Part shown: positions 9,238 through 18,458 of the stretch, piece after piece
Layout of the letters: each line of letters starts with the position of its first letter
How positions within the stretch are numbered: the first letter of the stretch is position 1
Assembly: GCA_963727485.1 (NCBI GenBank)
Contig: CAVSGM010000009.1
Span: forward strand, 96,001 to 160,000
Origin: an uncultured delta proteobacterium
GTDB lineage: Bacteria > Myxococcota > Myxococcia > SLRQ01
Reading direction: 5' to 3'
Length of the DNA stretch: 64,000 bases
Notes under the pieces: model-generated
What the model was told of the DNA's origin: nothing
The model's database searches: none
What the model saw: the letters and a program-made list of their open reading frames with translations, nothing else
Program-made: the position numbers and the translations under genes

Positions 9238-10700
9238 CCGCCGCCTCCGGTGGGGAACCGGCGTCCCCAGAGGGGAAAGGGCCCGGCGTCGTCGAAGACC
9301 ACCTTGGGCGCCCCGGCCACCTCGCCGGTCTCGGCGACCGCCGCCGGGGGCACCTCCACCTGGGCCACCAGCCGGCGCGAGAGGGGCATGAGGGCCGACT
9401 CGGCGACGGTGAAGGGCGCCGCGTCGCCGCCGGGGAGGACCGCCAGCTCGCCCTGCCCCACCCCCAGGGCCTCGGCGACCAGCGCCGGGGGCAGGCGGGG
9501 GACCACGACCTGTCCCAGGGGCACCAGGACCTGGGCTCCCACCCGGCGCAGCGGCAGGCCCAGGGGCAGCTCCTCCACGGCGCCCTCGCCCACCACCAGG
9601 AGGCCCCGGTCGAGGCTCACCGCCCGGTAGCGCTCGAGGGTCGCCGGCGGGAGGGCGTAGACCAGGTGGCGGAAGGCCGAGAGCTGCCGCGGGGGGATGA
9701 GGAGGGCCTCCGGGGGCCCGAGGCCCCGGTGGTCCGGGGCGAGGCGCAGGGGCACGTCCACCGGCTCACCGGGGTCGGCGGCGGTGGCCCCCGCGGCCTC
9801 GGCGCCCAGGTCGGGCCGCACGCCCCGGCGCAGGGGGAGCCAGCCGAGCTCGCCGTGGATCACCCGGGCCCCCGGGCGGTTGCCCAGGAAGAGCCAGAGG
9901 GCGTCGTCCCCGAGGGCGTCGGCGCAGGCGGCGAGGTCGAAGGGGTGGCGGAAGCCCTGCTCCACCGCGGCCCGGGTGCCCTCGGGGACCAGGAGCCGCA
10001 CTCCCGGGGTGGCGCCCAGCCGATGGCGCACCCGGGGCGGGAGATCCCGGGCCCGGTAGAGGAAGAGCTCGCCGTCGTCGACCTCGGCCCGGACGACCTC
10101 GGCGTCGACGCCGCAGCGCCAGAGGTAGGCCTCGAGGTCGGCCCGGAGCCCCGGGGGCGCGAGGACCAGGAGGGTCTCGGGGTCGAGGCCCCGGCGCCGG
10201 ACGGGCTCGGGGGCGAGGCGGAGGAGGAGGCTGCGCAGGGGCAGGCCCTCGACCACGGCGTAGGGACCCTCGGCGACGCGGCCGTAGAGGACGACGTCGG
10301 CCTCGCCCTCGACCAGGCGGTCCACGTCGTAGCCCAGGGGGCTCTTCCGGTCCCGGTAGCGCACCAGGTGCCGGGCCTCCCCGGTGAACAGCTCCCCGCC
10401 CCCGAGGCCGGCGACCCGGGCCAGGCGGTCGAGGCGCGGGGTGTCCCCGGCGTCGAAGCGGAGGAGGAACTCCACGGTGCCGAGGGCCGAGCGGACCCGG
10501 TCGACGACCAGGGCCGCGTAGAGCTCGGGCTGGGCGAGCTCGCCGGTGAGGGTCGAGAGGGCGGCGACCACCCGGTCCAGGGACGGCAGGAGCATCGCCG
10601 CCACCCGGCCCGTGGCCACCCCCCGGGCGTCCGTCTTCAGCCCGGGCGCCACGAACCGCGTCTGGTGCTGTGCGACGGGGACCAGCAAGACGACGGTCAT
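9234..10700 (-). CDS. Hypothetical protein, first gene of the MoxR-vWA operon; possibly a ternary-system accessory domain
   Basis: Coding-like frame. Motifs VEQGFRHP and VPLRLAP...LVYALP...ELPLG...LVPLG recall MoxR-vWA ternary-system accessory domains (from memory, unverified). Confidence 0.7.
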   Translation of the reverse strand: MTVVLLVPVAQHQTRFVAPGLKTDARGVATGRVAAMLLPSLDRVVAALSTLTGELAQPELYAALVVDRVRSALGTVEFLLRFDAGDTPRLDRLARVAGLGGGELFTGEARHLVRYRDRKSPLGYDVDRLVEGEADVVLYGRVAEGPYAVVEGLPLRSLLLRLAPEPVRRRGLDPETLLVLAPPGLRADLEAYLWRCGVDAEVVRAEVDDGELFLYRARDLPPRVRHRLGATPGVRLLVPEGTRAAVEQGFRHPFDLAACADALGDDALWLFLGNRPGARVIHGELGWLPLRRGVRPDLGAEAAGATAADPGEPVDVPLRLAPDHRGLGPPEALLIPPRQLSAFRHLVYALPPATLERYRAVSLDRGLLVVGEGAVEELPLGLPLRRVGAQVLVPLGQVVVPRLPPALVAEALGVGQGELAVLPGGDAAPFTVAESALMPLSRRLVAQVEVPPAAVAETGEVAGAPKVVFDDAGPFPLWGRRFPTGGGG

Positions 10701-10747
10701 TGTAACCTGCCTTTGCCCCGGGGCGAGGCTCTGCCAAACTTGGGGGC

Positions 10748-11908
10748 GTGTCCCTCTGGGCCCGGTTCCGCTCCGCCGACTACCGCGAGGCCCTCGCCGC
10801 CGAGGCGGCGGGGGACCTCGAGCGGGCCGCCACCGCCTTCTCCCGGGCCGGGCGCCCCGGGGAGGTGATCCGCCTCCGCCGGCACCTCGCCACCGGCGCC
10901 GCCGAGCCCGCCGAGCGCGTCCGCCACCTCCGCGCCGCCCTCGCCGTCGCCGAGGGCGCCTACGTCGAGGACGCGCTCCGGACGTCCCTGCGCCAGTCGT
11001 TGGCCCGGGCCCTCGTCGCCACCCGGGACAGCGGCTCCCTGGTCCAGGCGGTGGCCCTCTACCGCGCCGAGGGCGATCACCACGGCGCCGCCGAGGCCCT
11101 CCTGGCCCTGGGGCAGGAGCCCGAGGCCCGGGCGGAGCTCGCCGCCGGGCACCTCTTCGAGCGCCTCGAGCGCCTGGACCGGGCCACCGCCCGCCGCGAG
11201 GCGTCCGAGGCCGCCCGGGACGCCGCCGCCTCCGCCGCCGAGGCCCGGGCCGACGCCGGGGACCGGGCCGGGGCCCTCCACGCCCTCGAGGCCCTCGACC
11301 CGGCGGCGGTCACCGGCGCCGCCCGGGCCCTCCGGGCGCGCCTGGTCGCCGCCCGCCCCGAGGGGCGCCTGGCTCTCGCCGCCGCCGGGACCGGGGCCGC
11401 GGTCACCATCGTGGGGACCCTCCCGGTGGTCCTCGGCCGGGGCCCGGACAGCGCCCTGCCCTTGGCCGACGCCGGGATCTCCCGGCACCACGCCCGCCTC
11501 GACGGCGCCGGGGGCGGCTTCCGCCTCGCGGACCTCGAGAGCCGCAACGGCACCTGGATCGACGGGCTCCCGGTGGGCGCGGGCTTCGAGCTCCCGGAGG
11601 CCGGACGCTTCACCCTCGGGGAGCGGTGCCGGGTGGTCTTCCGGCGCCTGGGCGAGGGGGCCCTGCTGCTGGAGGTGGAGCGGGGGCTCGCCGCCGGGGC
11701 CCGGGCGGTGGTCCTCGGGGGGCCGGCGGAGCTCGCCGGGGTGCTCCCGGGGCTGGCGCCGGTGCGCCTCGCCCTCGAGGGGGGCTGGTTCCGCCTCGCC
11801 GGCGACGGGCTGCGCCTCCAGGGGCGCCCCGTCGCCGGGCCCGTCGACCTCCTGGTGGGGGACCGGGTCGAGGTCGCGGGCTGCGACCTGGAGGTCCGGC
11901 GGCGATGA
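10748..11908 (+). CDS. TPR-like + FHA domain protein
   Basis: FHA signature VVLGRG...GISRHHARL...LADLESRNGTWIDG; helical N-terminus; ATGA overlap with the next gene. Confidence 0.82.
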   Translation: MSLWARFRSADYREALAAEAAGDLERAATAFSRAGRPGEVIRLRRHLATGAAEPAERVRHLRAALAVAEGAYVEDALRTSLRQSLARALVATRDSGSLVQAVALYRAEGDHHGAAEALLALGQEPEARAELAAGHLFERLERLDRATARREASEAARDAAASAAEARADAGDRAGALHALEALDPAAVTGAARALRARLVAARPEGRLALAAAGTGAAVTIVGTLPVVLGRGPDSALPLADAGISRHHARLDGAGGGFRLADLESRNGTWIDGLPVGAGFELPEAGRFTLGERCRVVFRRLGEGALLLEVERGLAAGARAVVLGGPAELAGVLPGLAPVRLALEGGWFRLAGDGLRLQGRPVAGPVDLLVGDRVEVAGCDLEVRRR

Positions 11909-13299
11909 CCGGGGCCACCGGGGCCGACCGGGGCTGGATCCGGGCGCTGTGGGCGTGGCTCACCGAGGCGGCCGATCCCCCCGCCGGCCCGGGCCCCGCC
12001 GGCGGGGCCCTCACGGCCCCCCGGGATCCGGCCGCGCCGCCGCTCCCCGCCCGCCCCGTGGGCCCCGGCCCCGGGCCGAGCCTCCCCCCGGGGCCGGTGG
12101 GGCGCCTCGCCACCGCCGCCGACACCGGGGACGCCGCCGGGGCCCGCCGGGCCCTCGACGCCGCCGTCGACGCCGGCCTCGCCCCCGAGGCCCGGCGCTG
12201 CCTCGCGGCCCGGGACGCCGCCGACGCCCCGGTGTGGCTCCGCCTCCTCGCCGCCGACGCCGCCCTCGCCGACGACCCCGACGCCGGCCGCCGGGTCCTC
12301 GAGGCCCTCGCCGACGCCGGGACCCCGGACCTCGCCGCCGAGGCCCGGCTGCGCCTCGGCGATCTCCTCAGGGACGCCGGGGACCTCGCCGGGGCAAGGA
12401 TGCACTACGAGCGGGCCCTCGCCGTGGACCTGGACCTCCCCCGGGCCCGGGCCCTGGCCGACGCCCTGGGCACCGGCGCCGACGCCGAGGCCGCGGGCGG
12501 CCGCCCCACCCTGGTCCTGCCCCGGGCGCGGCTGGGCCCGGCGGCGGATCGCTACGTCCTCCTCCGGGAGCTCGGCCGTGGCGGCGCCGGCACGGTGTAT
12601 CTCGCCGAGGACGCGCGCCTGGGCCGGCGGGTCGCCGTGAAGGTGCTCCACCCGCGGCCCGGCGAGGCCCCTCCGGCGCGGCTCCTCGCCGAGGTCCAGG
12701 CGGCGGTGGCGGTCGCCCACCCGGGGATCGTCCGGATCTTCGACGTGGATCCCGAGCGGGGGGTGGTGGTCATGGAGCACCTCGCGGGGGGCTCCCTCCG
12801 GGACCGCCTGGTGCCCGGCGAGCCGGTGCCCCCGGCGGCGGCGGCGGGCCTGGCCCGGGGCCTCGCCGAGGCCCTGGCGGTCCTCCACCGCCGGGGCGTG
12901 ATCCATGGGGACCTGAAGGCGGGCAACGTCCTGTTCCGGGGCGGGGCCGGCCTCTCGGAGCCGGTGATCGCGGACTTCGGCCTCGCCCGGGAGGCCGGCG
13001 GCGGCCGGCGGCCCGCGGGGACCCTCGCCGCCATGGCCCCCGAGGTCCGCGCCGGCGCCGCCCCCACCCCCGCCGCCGACGTCTGGGCCCTCGGCGTCCT
13101 CCTCCACGAGGTCCTGGCCGGGCGCCCCCCGATCGCCCCCGGGGACATCCTCCAGGGGCGCCTGACCCCGTCGGCCCTCCCGGAGGCGGTCCCCGAGCCC
13201 CTCCGGCGCCTGGTCGCCGCCCTCCTCGCCGCCGATCCCGAGGCCCGCCCGGCGGACGCCGACGCGGTCCTCGCCCGCCTGGAGGCCCTCGCCGGTTGA
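11905..13299 (+). CDS. TPR + Ser/Thr protein kinase (non-RD, cytoplasmic)
   Basis: ATG 11905. TPR-like ARLRLGDLLRDAGDLAGARMHYERALAVD; GRGGAG, VAVK, HGDLKAGN, DFG, MAPE, DVWALG. Confidence 0.85.
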   Translation: MTGATGADRGWIRALWAWLTEAADPPAGPGPAGGALTAPRDPAAPPLPARPVGPGPGPSLPPGPVGRLATAADTGDAAGARRALDAAVDAGLAPEARRCLAARDAADAPVWLRLLAADAALADDPDAGRRVLEALADAGTPDLAAEARLRLGDLLRDAGDLAGARMHYERALAVDLDLPRARALADALGTGADAEAAGGRPTLVLPRARLGPAADRYVLLRELGRGGAGTVYLAEDARLGRRVAVKVLHPRPGEAPPARLLAEVQAAVAVAHPGIVRIFDVDPERGVVVMEHLAGGSLRDRLVPGEPVPPAAAAGLARGLAEALAVLHRRGVIHGDLKAGNVLFRGGAGLSEPVIADFGLAREAGGGRRPAGTLAAMAPEVRAGAAPTPAADVWALGVLLHEVLAGRPPIAPGDILQGRLTPSALPEAVPEPLRRLVAALLAADPEARPADADAVLARLEALAG

Positions 13300-13316
13300 A
13301 CCGGGAGTTCGTCCCG

Positions 13317-13332
13317 TGGCACGGCTGTTGCT
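13317..13332 (+). promoter_or_regulatory. Sigma54 (-24/-12) promoter
   Basis: TGGCACGGCTGTTGCT matches TGGCACG-N4-TTGCW exactly; ATG at 13345. Confidence 0.75.
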
Positions 13333-13344
13333 GAACTACCGCCC

Positions 13345-14169
13345 ATGCCCCCCCGCCCCCACCCCGACCCCGACAGCGCTGTCGCACCGCGCCGCGTCCT
13401 CACCACGGTCCTCGCCGTGCTGGTGGGGGCGCTGGCGGCGCCGGTGCCGGCCCGGGGCGCCCCGGCGGCGCCCCCCCACGCCTTCGGGCCCGGGGAGGTC
13501 CTGGTCTACGACGTCCACTACGGCCCGGTCCATACGGGGAAGGCGCGGATCGCCGTGGGCGCCGACCGGCCCATGGGCGGGAAGCAGGTGTGGCCCATCG
13601 TGGTCCAGGCCCGGACCAACGACGTGTTCAGCCACGTGTTCCCGGTGCGGGACCAGTTCGTGACCCTGTGGCAGCCCAAGGCCGCCGGGAGCCTGGGCTT
13701 CGACTTCCACGCCGACGAGAACGGGCGCCGGCGCTTCACCCGCATGCGCCTCTACCCGGCGAAGGGCCGGGCGGTGGTCGAGCGGCAGGTGCCGGGCAAG
13801 GCGCCCCACCGGGCCCACTACCAGACCGGGCGGGCCGATCACGACGTGGCCTCGGCGGTGTTCTGGCTGCGCACCCGGCCCCTCCACGTGGGCGACCGGG
13901 ACCAGGTGCGGGTGTTCACCGGGTACCGGACCTGGGACCTGGTGGCCCACGTCGAGGGCAAGGAGACGGTGAAGACCGCCGCGGGCACCTGGCACACGGT
14001 GCGCGTCCGCCTCGAGACCCACTTCCACGGCAGGCTTGCGGCGCGGCACGACATCGTGCTGTGGATGACCGATGACCGAGCGCACGTACCGGTGCGGGCC
14101 GAGGCGGAGCTGGTCCTCGGCTCGGTGCAGGCCGACCTCTCGACCTACCTCCCCGGGCTCACCGAGTAG
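13345..14169 (+). CDS. Exported DUF3108-like protein
   Basis: Signal peptide; FGPGEVLVYDVHYG, GKETVKTAAGTW, LWMTDDRAHVPVR motifs. Confidence 0.75.
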   Translation: MPPRPHPDPDSAVAPRRVLTTVLAVLVGALAAPVPARGAPAAPPHAFGPGEVLVYDVHYGPVHTGKARIAVGADRPMGGKQVWPIVVQARTNDVFSHVFPVRDQFVTLWQPKAAGSLGFDFHADENGRRRFTRMRLYPAKGRAVVERQVPGKAPHRAHYQTGRADHDVASAVFWLRTRPLHVGDRDQVRVFTGYRTWDLVAHVEGKETVKTAAGTWHTVRVRLETHFHGRLAARHDIVLWMTDDRAHVPVRAEAELVLGSVQADLSTYLPGLTE

Positions 14170-15508
14170 GGCCCTGGGCACGGCCCTGGTGGCCGCGGTG
14201 CTCCTCGCCGGGTGCCACGGCGGCCAGGCGGCCACCGGCGCCACGTCCAAGGGCGGGAGCGCCGCGCACCCCCACAAGGCGGCGAGCGACCTGGCGACCG
14301 GGGGCGGCCCCTCCGCCGACGGCGGCACCGCCGACGCCGGCACCCCCGACGCGGGCGTCCTCCCGGGCGACCGGGCGACGCGGCGCCGGGCCGCCCGAAA
14401 CCTGTTGCGCCAGGGACACCTGAAGGCCGCCGAGGCCACCCTGGAGGCGCTCTGGCGCACCGGGAGCGACGAGGCCTCGCGCACCGACGGCCTCCTCGCC
14501 GCCGCGGCCCACGCCCGCCGCGGCGACGACGACGGGGCCCTGGCCCTCCTCGCCGAGGCCGAGCACCGGGGGCTCCCCGACGGGCACCTCGAGGACCTCG
14601 CCGCCGCCATCGCCAGCGACGTCCCCAACCCCGGGGCCCTCGCCCACCGCCTCGCCGGCGACCCGGCGGGCATCCGCACCCATGTCCGCGCCGCCCTCGA
14701 GGGGGCCCTCTACCAGCGGGCGGGGAAGCCGCGCCTCGCCATCCCCTACTGGGAGCAGGCGGCGCACCTGGCCCCGGACCAGGTGGTCTACTGGCGCCAG
14801 CTCATGCGCCTCTACGCGGTCACCGGGCACCCCCACCGCCTGGAGACGGCCCTGCGCAAGGTCGTCACCCTCGAGCCCCGGTACGTCCCGGCGCGGGTCG
14901 ACCTGGTGCGCATGCTCACCCGCCAGGGCCACGACCCCGAGGCCCGGGCGGTGGCGCTGCCTCCGAAGGGCGCCTACTCGGCCCTCGACCGGAAGGTGAC
15001 CGAGGCCGAGGTCCTCCAGCGGGCCGGCCGCGATCGCGACGCGGTGACCGCCTACCGCCGGATCCTCGCCGGTCACCCCGACGACTGCCGGGCCCGCCTC
15101 GGGCTCGGGCGCGCGCGCCTCGACGCCGGCGAGGTGAAGGCCGGGGCCCGAGCCCTCTACGACCTGGTGGCCCACCGGGTCGGGGGGCGCCCCTGCGACG
15201 TCGCCGAGGCGGCCCGCACCCTCCTCTCGGATCCCCGCACCAAGGCCGGGATGGGCAAGCGCCTCGCCCACCTCGCCGCCCACGGCGGGGGCGCCGAATC
15301 CGGCGACCCTCCGGGCCATGGTGAAGGCGTCCCGGCCGACCGGCCGGTGAATAGTCGGCCGGGCGCTGCGTACCAACGGGCGTGCCGCGCCTGGCCCGAG
15401 CCGGCAGGGGATGGTCCCCTGGGGCGGGCGCGGCACAACTCCTCGTTTGCACCGGGCGCTCGCCGTGGGCGAGCATGGGTGCCCTGGACGGTTCCCCGAT
15501 GCGCCTGA
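14072..15508 (+). CDS. TPR-repeat lipoprotein; start uncertain, true end probably 15350 after a G-run frameshift
   Basis: Lipobox VLLAGC and several TPR-like helices (LAPDQVVYWRQL, HPDDCRARLGLG). The tail after ~15290 looks non-coding in this frame. Confidence 0.65.
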   Translation: MTERTYRCGPRRSWSSARCRPTSRPTSPGSPSRALGTALVAAVLLAGCHGGQAATGATSKGGSAAHPHKAASDLATGGGPSADGGTADAGTPDAGVLPGDRATRRRAARNLLRQGHLKAAEATLEALWRTGSDEASRTDGLLAAAAHARRGDDDGALALLAEAEHRGLPDGHLEDLAAAIASDVPNPGALAHRLAGDPAGIRTHVRAALEGALYQRAGKPRLAIPYWEQAAHLAPDQVVYWRQLMRLYAVTGHPHRLETALRKVVTLEPRYVPARVDLVRMLTRQGHDPEARAVALPPKGAYSALDRKVTEAEVLQRAGRDRDAVTAYRRILAGHPDDCRARLGLGRARLDAGEVKAGARALYDLVAHRVGGRPCDVAEAARTLLSDPRTKAGMGKRLAHLAAHGGGAESGDPPGHGEGVPADRPVNSRPGAAYQRACRAWPEPAGDGPLGRARHNSSFAPGARRGRAWVPWTVPRCA

Positions 15509-16515
15509 CCCTCGTCGTCGCCCTCGTGGCCCTGTGCGCCAGCGGCTCCCGCGCGGCCCGCGCCGCTGCGGGGGACGGCGGCGTGGCGACGCAGGCCGCG
15601 GCAGGGCCCGCCGATGGGGGCGCGAGGGCGCCGGACACGGCGGCGCCGGCCCGCACCTCCCACCCGGCCCAGGCCTCCCACCCGGCCCAGGCCTCCCATC
15701 CGGCCCCCGCCTCCCAGGTGTCGCACGCCTCCCATCCGGCCCCCGCGAGCCCGGGTCCCCGGGGCGTCGCCCCCTGCGGCGGGCCCCCGCCGGCGGCGGG
15801 CCCGGCGCCCTTCGCCCCCGGCGAGCTCCTCCACTACGACCTCGACGTCCTCGGGGTCCGCGCCGGCACCCTGGACCTCGACGTCGCCCGGGACCCGGCC
15901 GGGGGCTACGACTTCGGCGCCCTCGCCCGGTCCAACACCTTCTTCGAGAACATCCGCAAGGTGCGCGGCCAGGCCACCTCCTACGCCTCGGCACGGACCC
16001 TCGAGCCGCGGCGCTACCGCGAGGACGCCACCGAGGACGGGGTGAAGAAGTGGGCCGAGGTCCACTTCAATCCCAAGGACCACCAGGTGGACATCGCCTA
16101 CGCCATCGGCAGCCACCGGCGCCGGGTGCGCTACCCCCTGCGCTACGGCCCCTTCGACGTGCTCTCGGTGGTCTACTACGTGCGCACCCTGCCGATGAAG
16201 GTCGGGGAGCACCTCTGCGTGGACCTCTACGGCAACCGGAAGGTCTGGCGGCTCCGGGGCCACGTCGACGGCGAGGAGTGGATCGACACCCCGGCGGGGA
16301 AGTTCAAGACCTGGCGGCTGGTGGGCGAGGCCTGGCGCCTGGACATGCCCAAGTACCACCGGCCCATCCACCTCTGGATCAGCCAGGACGCCCGGAGGCT
16401 CCCGGTGGCGGTGGTGGGCGAGATCGACCTGGGGCCGGTCCGCGCCCAGCTCTCGCGCATCGGCCCGGCGACCGCCGAGTCCCGCCCGCCCGACTACGGC
16501 GGCGGAACCTGGTAG
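15499..16515 (+). CDS. Second exported DUF3108-like protein with an N-terminal repeat linker
   Basis: Signal peptide MRLTLVVALVAL; FAPGELLHYD, GEEWIDTPAGKF, LWISQDARRLPV. Confidence 0.75.
   Translation: MRLTLVVALVALCASGSRAARAAAGDGGVATQAAAGPADGGARAPDTAAPARTSHPAQASHPAQASHPAPASQVSHASHPAPASPGPRGVAPCGGPPPAAGPAPFAPGELLHYDLDVLGVRAGTLDLDVARDPAGGYDFGALARSNTFFENIRKVRGQATSYASARTLEPRRYREDATEDGVKKWAEVHFNPKDHQVDIAYAIGSHRRRVRYPLRYGPFDVLSVVYYVRTLPMKVGEHLCVDLYGNRKVWRLRGHVDGEEWIDTPAGKFKTWRLVGEAWRLDMPKYHRPIHLWISQDARRLPVAVVGEIDLGPVRAQLSRIGPATAESRPPDYGGGTW
15656..15745 (+). repeat. Five imperfect 18-bp in-frame tandem repeats (SHPAQA-like)
   Basis: cctcccacccggcccagg x2, cctcccatccggcccccg, cctcccaggtgtcgcacg, cctcccatccggcccccg. 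Confidence 0.85.
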
Positions 16516-16545
16516 CGCCGGCGGGCTTCGGCCCCGCGACGGGCG

Positions 16546-17016
16546 TCAGCGCCGGCGGACGCCGGCGGCGACCTGCACCAGGCGGCGGCGCAGCCCGGAG
16601 AGCACCAGGTGGAGGTGGTCGACCCGCTCGAGGATGGCGGCGTCGGAGGCGTGGGCCATGAGCACGCCGGGGGCGGCCCGTCCCAGGGCCTCGAGGCTCT
16701 CCTGGAAGAAGGCCTCGATGTCCGAGAGGGCCTCGGTGGCCTCGCGGAGATCGTCCTCGACGAAGTGGCAGACGTTGGCGTCGACGCCCCGGGCCCGGAG
16801 CCGGCTGGCGACGGTGCCGCTGGCGTCCCACCGCTGGTCCCGGAGGACGCCGAGGAGGGCCGCCGCGAACTCGGTGTCCTCGTCGGGCCGCGGCGGCGGG
16901 GGGGCGAGGACGGTCTCGGGGGCCTGGGCAGCCGGGCGGCGCGGGGCCGGGCGAACCGGGGCCTCGAGGAAGTCGGGCACCTCGGTATCGACGACGGCTG
17001 CGAGCGCGTTGGCCAT
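16546..17016 (-). CDS. Hypothetical helical protein
   Basis: GGAGG RBS before the ATG; coding-like frame; own promoter-like element. Confidence 0.7.
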   Translation of the reverse strand: MANALAAVVDTEVPDFLEAPVRPAPRRPAAQAPETVLAPPPPRPDEDTEFAAALLGVLRDQRWDASGTVASRLRARGVDANVCHFVEDDLREATEALSDIEAFFQESLEALGRAAPGVLMAHASDAAILERVDHLHLVLSGLRRRLVQVAAGVRRR

Positions 17017-17057
17017 GTTTCCTCCAGCGGATGCGGTGACGGCGGGACGTCACGGCC

Positions 17058-17085
17058 ATCGTAGAGGGGGGTCGGCGATCGTCAA
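17058..17085 (-). promoter_or_regulatory. Sigma70-like promoter
   Basis: TTGACG-N16-TACGAT on the minus strand upstream of 17016. Confidence 0.5.
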
Positions 17086-17112
17086 CTTTTCGGGCGCGGG
17101 TGGGTCGGGTGC

Positions 17113-17547
17113 CTACTGCACCGCCGCCATGCCCACGACCACGATCACCTTGTTGCCCGCGGTCACCGTCCCGGTGCCGCAGCCGTCGGCGACGAGGTTG
17201 CCGGTGCCGCCGGCGCCGTCGTACCCCAGGACCAGCAGCTCCATCCGCCCGAGGGGCAGGTTGTCGAAGGCCACGGTCTTCGAGGTGTCTCCGGAGGCGA
17301 CCTCGACGGTGACGCTCTTGGCCAGGGTCCCGAAGCCCGAGAGGTCCTGGTAGCTCGCCAGGAGGGCGCTGCAGTCGGTGCTCTTGCCGCTCTTGTCGCT
17401 GCCCCCGAAGGGCGTGGCCACCAGGCTGGCGACGTTCATCCCCTGGAGCGCCTGGGTGTCGACCCCGAAGCGCGCGCCCCCGGGGGCCGGCCCGCAGGCG
17501 GCGGCGAGGGCGAGGACGACCAGGGGGCCAAGGAGCCGGCGGGTCAT
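17113..17547 (-). CDS. Small lipoprotein, beta-rich/Ig-like
   Basis: MTRRLLGPLVVLALAAAC lipobox; ATGA overlap with the upstream gene. Confidence 0.7.
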   Translation of the reverse strand: MTRRLLGPLVVLALAAACGPAPGGARFGVDTQALQGMNVASLVATPFGGSDKSGKSTDCSALLASYQDLSGFGTLAKSVTVEVASGDTSKTVAFDNLPLGRMELLVLGYDGAGGTGNLVADGCGTGTVTAGNKVIVVVGMAAVQ

Positions 17548-18449
17548 CGGATCACCCCGATGGCCCCGCCGTGGTCGGGCAAAGGCGGCCCCGGACGCGT
17601 CGCCAGGTAGACCCCACCTCCGGCCGCGCCGACGACCACCGCCAGCCCGGTCCAGAACCACCACTGGGAGGCGATCCCGGGCTTGGCCTTGGGCTGGTAG
17701 ACCCCGGAGACGTGGACCACGAAGCTCTGGGGCTGCTGGGGCCGGCCGGCGGTGGCGAGCCACTGACCGTCGGCCCCGAGGGCGGCGATGTAGTACTGCA
17801 CCCGGAAGGTCTCCGCCTCCCGCCCGAAGACGTAGGGGATGATGCCGATGTACCGGGTGGGGTCGTTGGGGTCGGGGGTCATGGTGACCGAGGAGTAGTC
17901 CTGGGTCTCGCCCTGCTTGCGGTAGTAGATGTTCACCCGGTCGAGGCGGTGACCCCGGTCGACGACATAGGCGGTGAGCTCCATGGCCTGCCCGGCGTCG
18001 AACCCCGCCGGGCTGTCGTGCTTGATGATGACCTGGGTCGCCGCCCGGAGCGCCACCTTCACCTTGTTGAAGGCGGCGATGAACTTCGGGGGCGTCATCA
18101 GGGGGTTGAGCTTGTAGTCCGGCGCGTGCTTGAGGAGCAGCCGGAACGACGCGTCGGCAAAGCTGCGCTCGCCCTTGATGAGGTAGATGAACCCCATGTA
18201 CTTGTAGCACTCGATGAGCTCGTGCTTGTGCAGGCCGCGGTGCTTCAGGGCGGCCTTGAGCTTCCCGAGGGCCTTGTCGTACTGCAGGTCGTCGTAGAGG
18301 ATCTTCGCCTGGGCGAGGAGATCGGTGGCGACGCTCCCCAGGGTGGCCGGCTGGTCGGGACCTGAGGCCAACGCCCGGGCGCCTGGTGCGGACACCAGGG
18401 CCACGACGAGCACCAAGGCCAGGCGGCGTGCGGTCCGAGGGGACACCAA
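17544..18449 (-). CDS. Exported TPR-like + beta-sandwich protein with a C-terminal membrane anchor
   Basis: Signal peptide; TPR-like YDKALGKL...YKYMGFIY; C-terminal WWFWTGLAVVVGAAGGGVYLA hydrophobic segment. Confidence 0.7.
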   Translation of the reverse strand: MVSPRTARRLALVLVVALVSAPGARALASGPDQPATLGSVATDLLAQAKILYDDLQYDKALGKLKAALKHRGLHKHELIECYKYMGFIYLIKGERSFADASFRLLLKHAPDYKLNPLMTPPKFIAAFNKVKVALRAATQVIIKHDSPAGFDAGQAMELTAYVVDRGHRLDRVNIYYRKQGETQDYSSVTMTPDPNDPTRYIGIIPYVFGREAETFRVQYYIAALGADGQWLATAGRPQQPQSFVVHVSGVYQPKAKPGIASQWWFWTGLAVVVGAAGGGVYLATRPGPPLPDHGGAIGVIR

Positions 18450-18458
18450 GACTTGACG

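Noticed and set aside
10722..10742. Sigma54 promoter for the MoxR operon (TGGCAGAGCCTCGC, minus strand)
   Set aside because: GG-to-GC spacing is 9, not the required 10.
15382..15445. SAM-I riboswitch (CTGGCCCGA...CCGGCA resemblance)
   Set aside because: Lacks the ATC/GAT P1 elements and GCAACC core, and the downstream gene is unrelated to sulfur metabolism.
15656..15745. Possible CRISPR-like repeat
   Set aside because: Contiguous in-frame 18-bp units without unique spacers, and no cas genes in the window.
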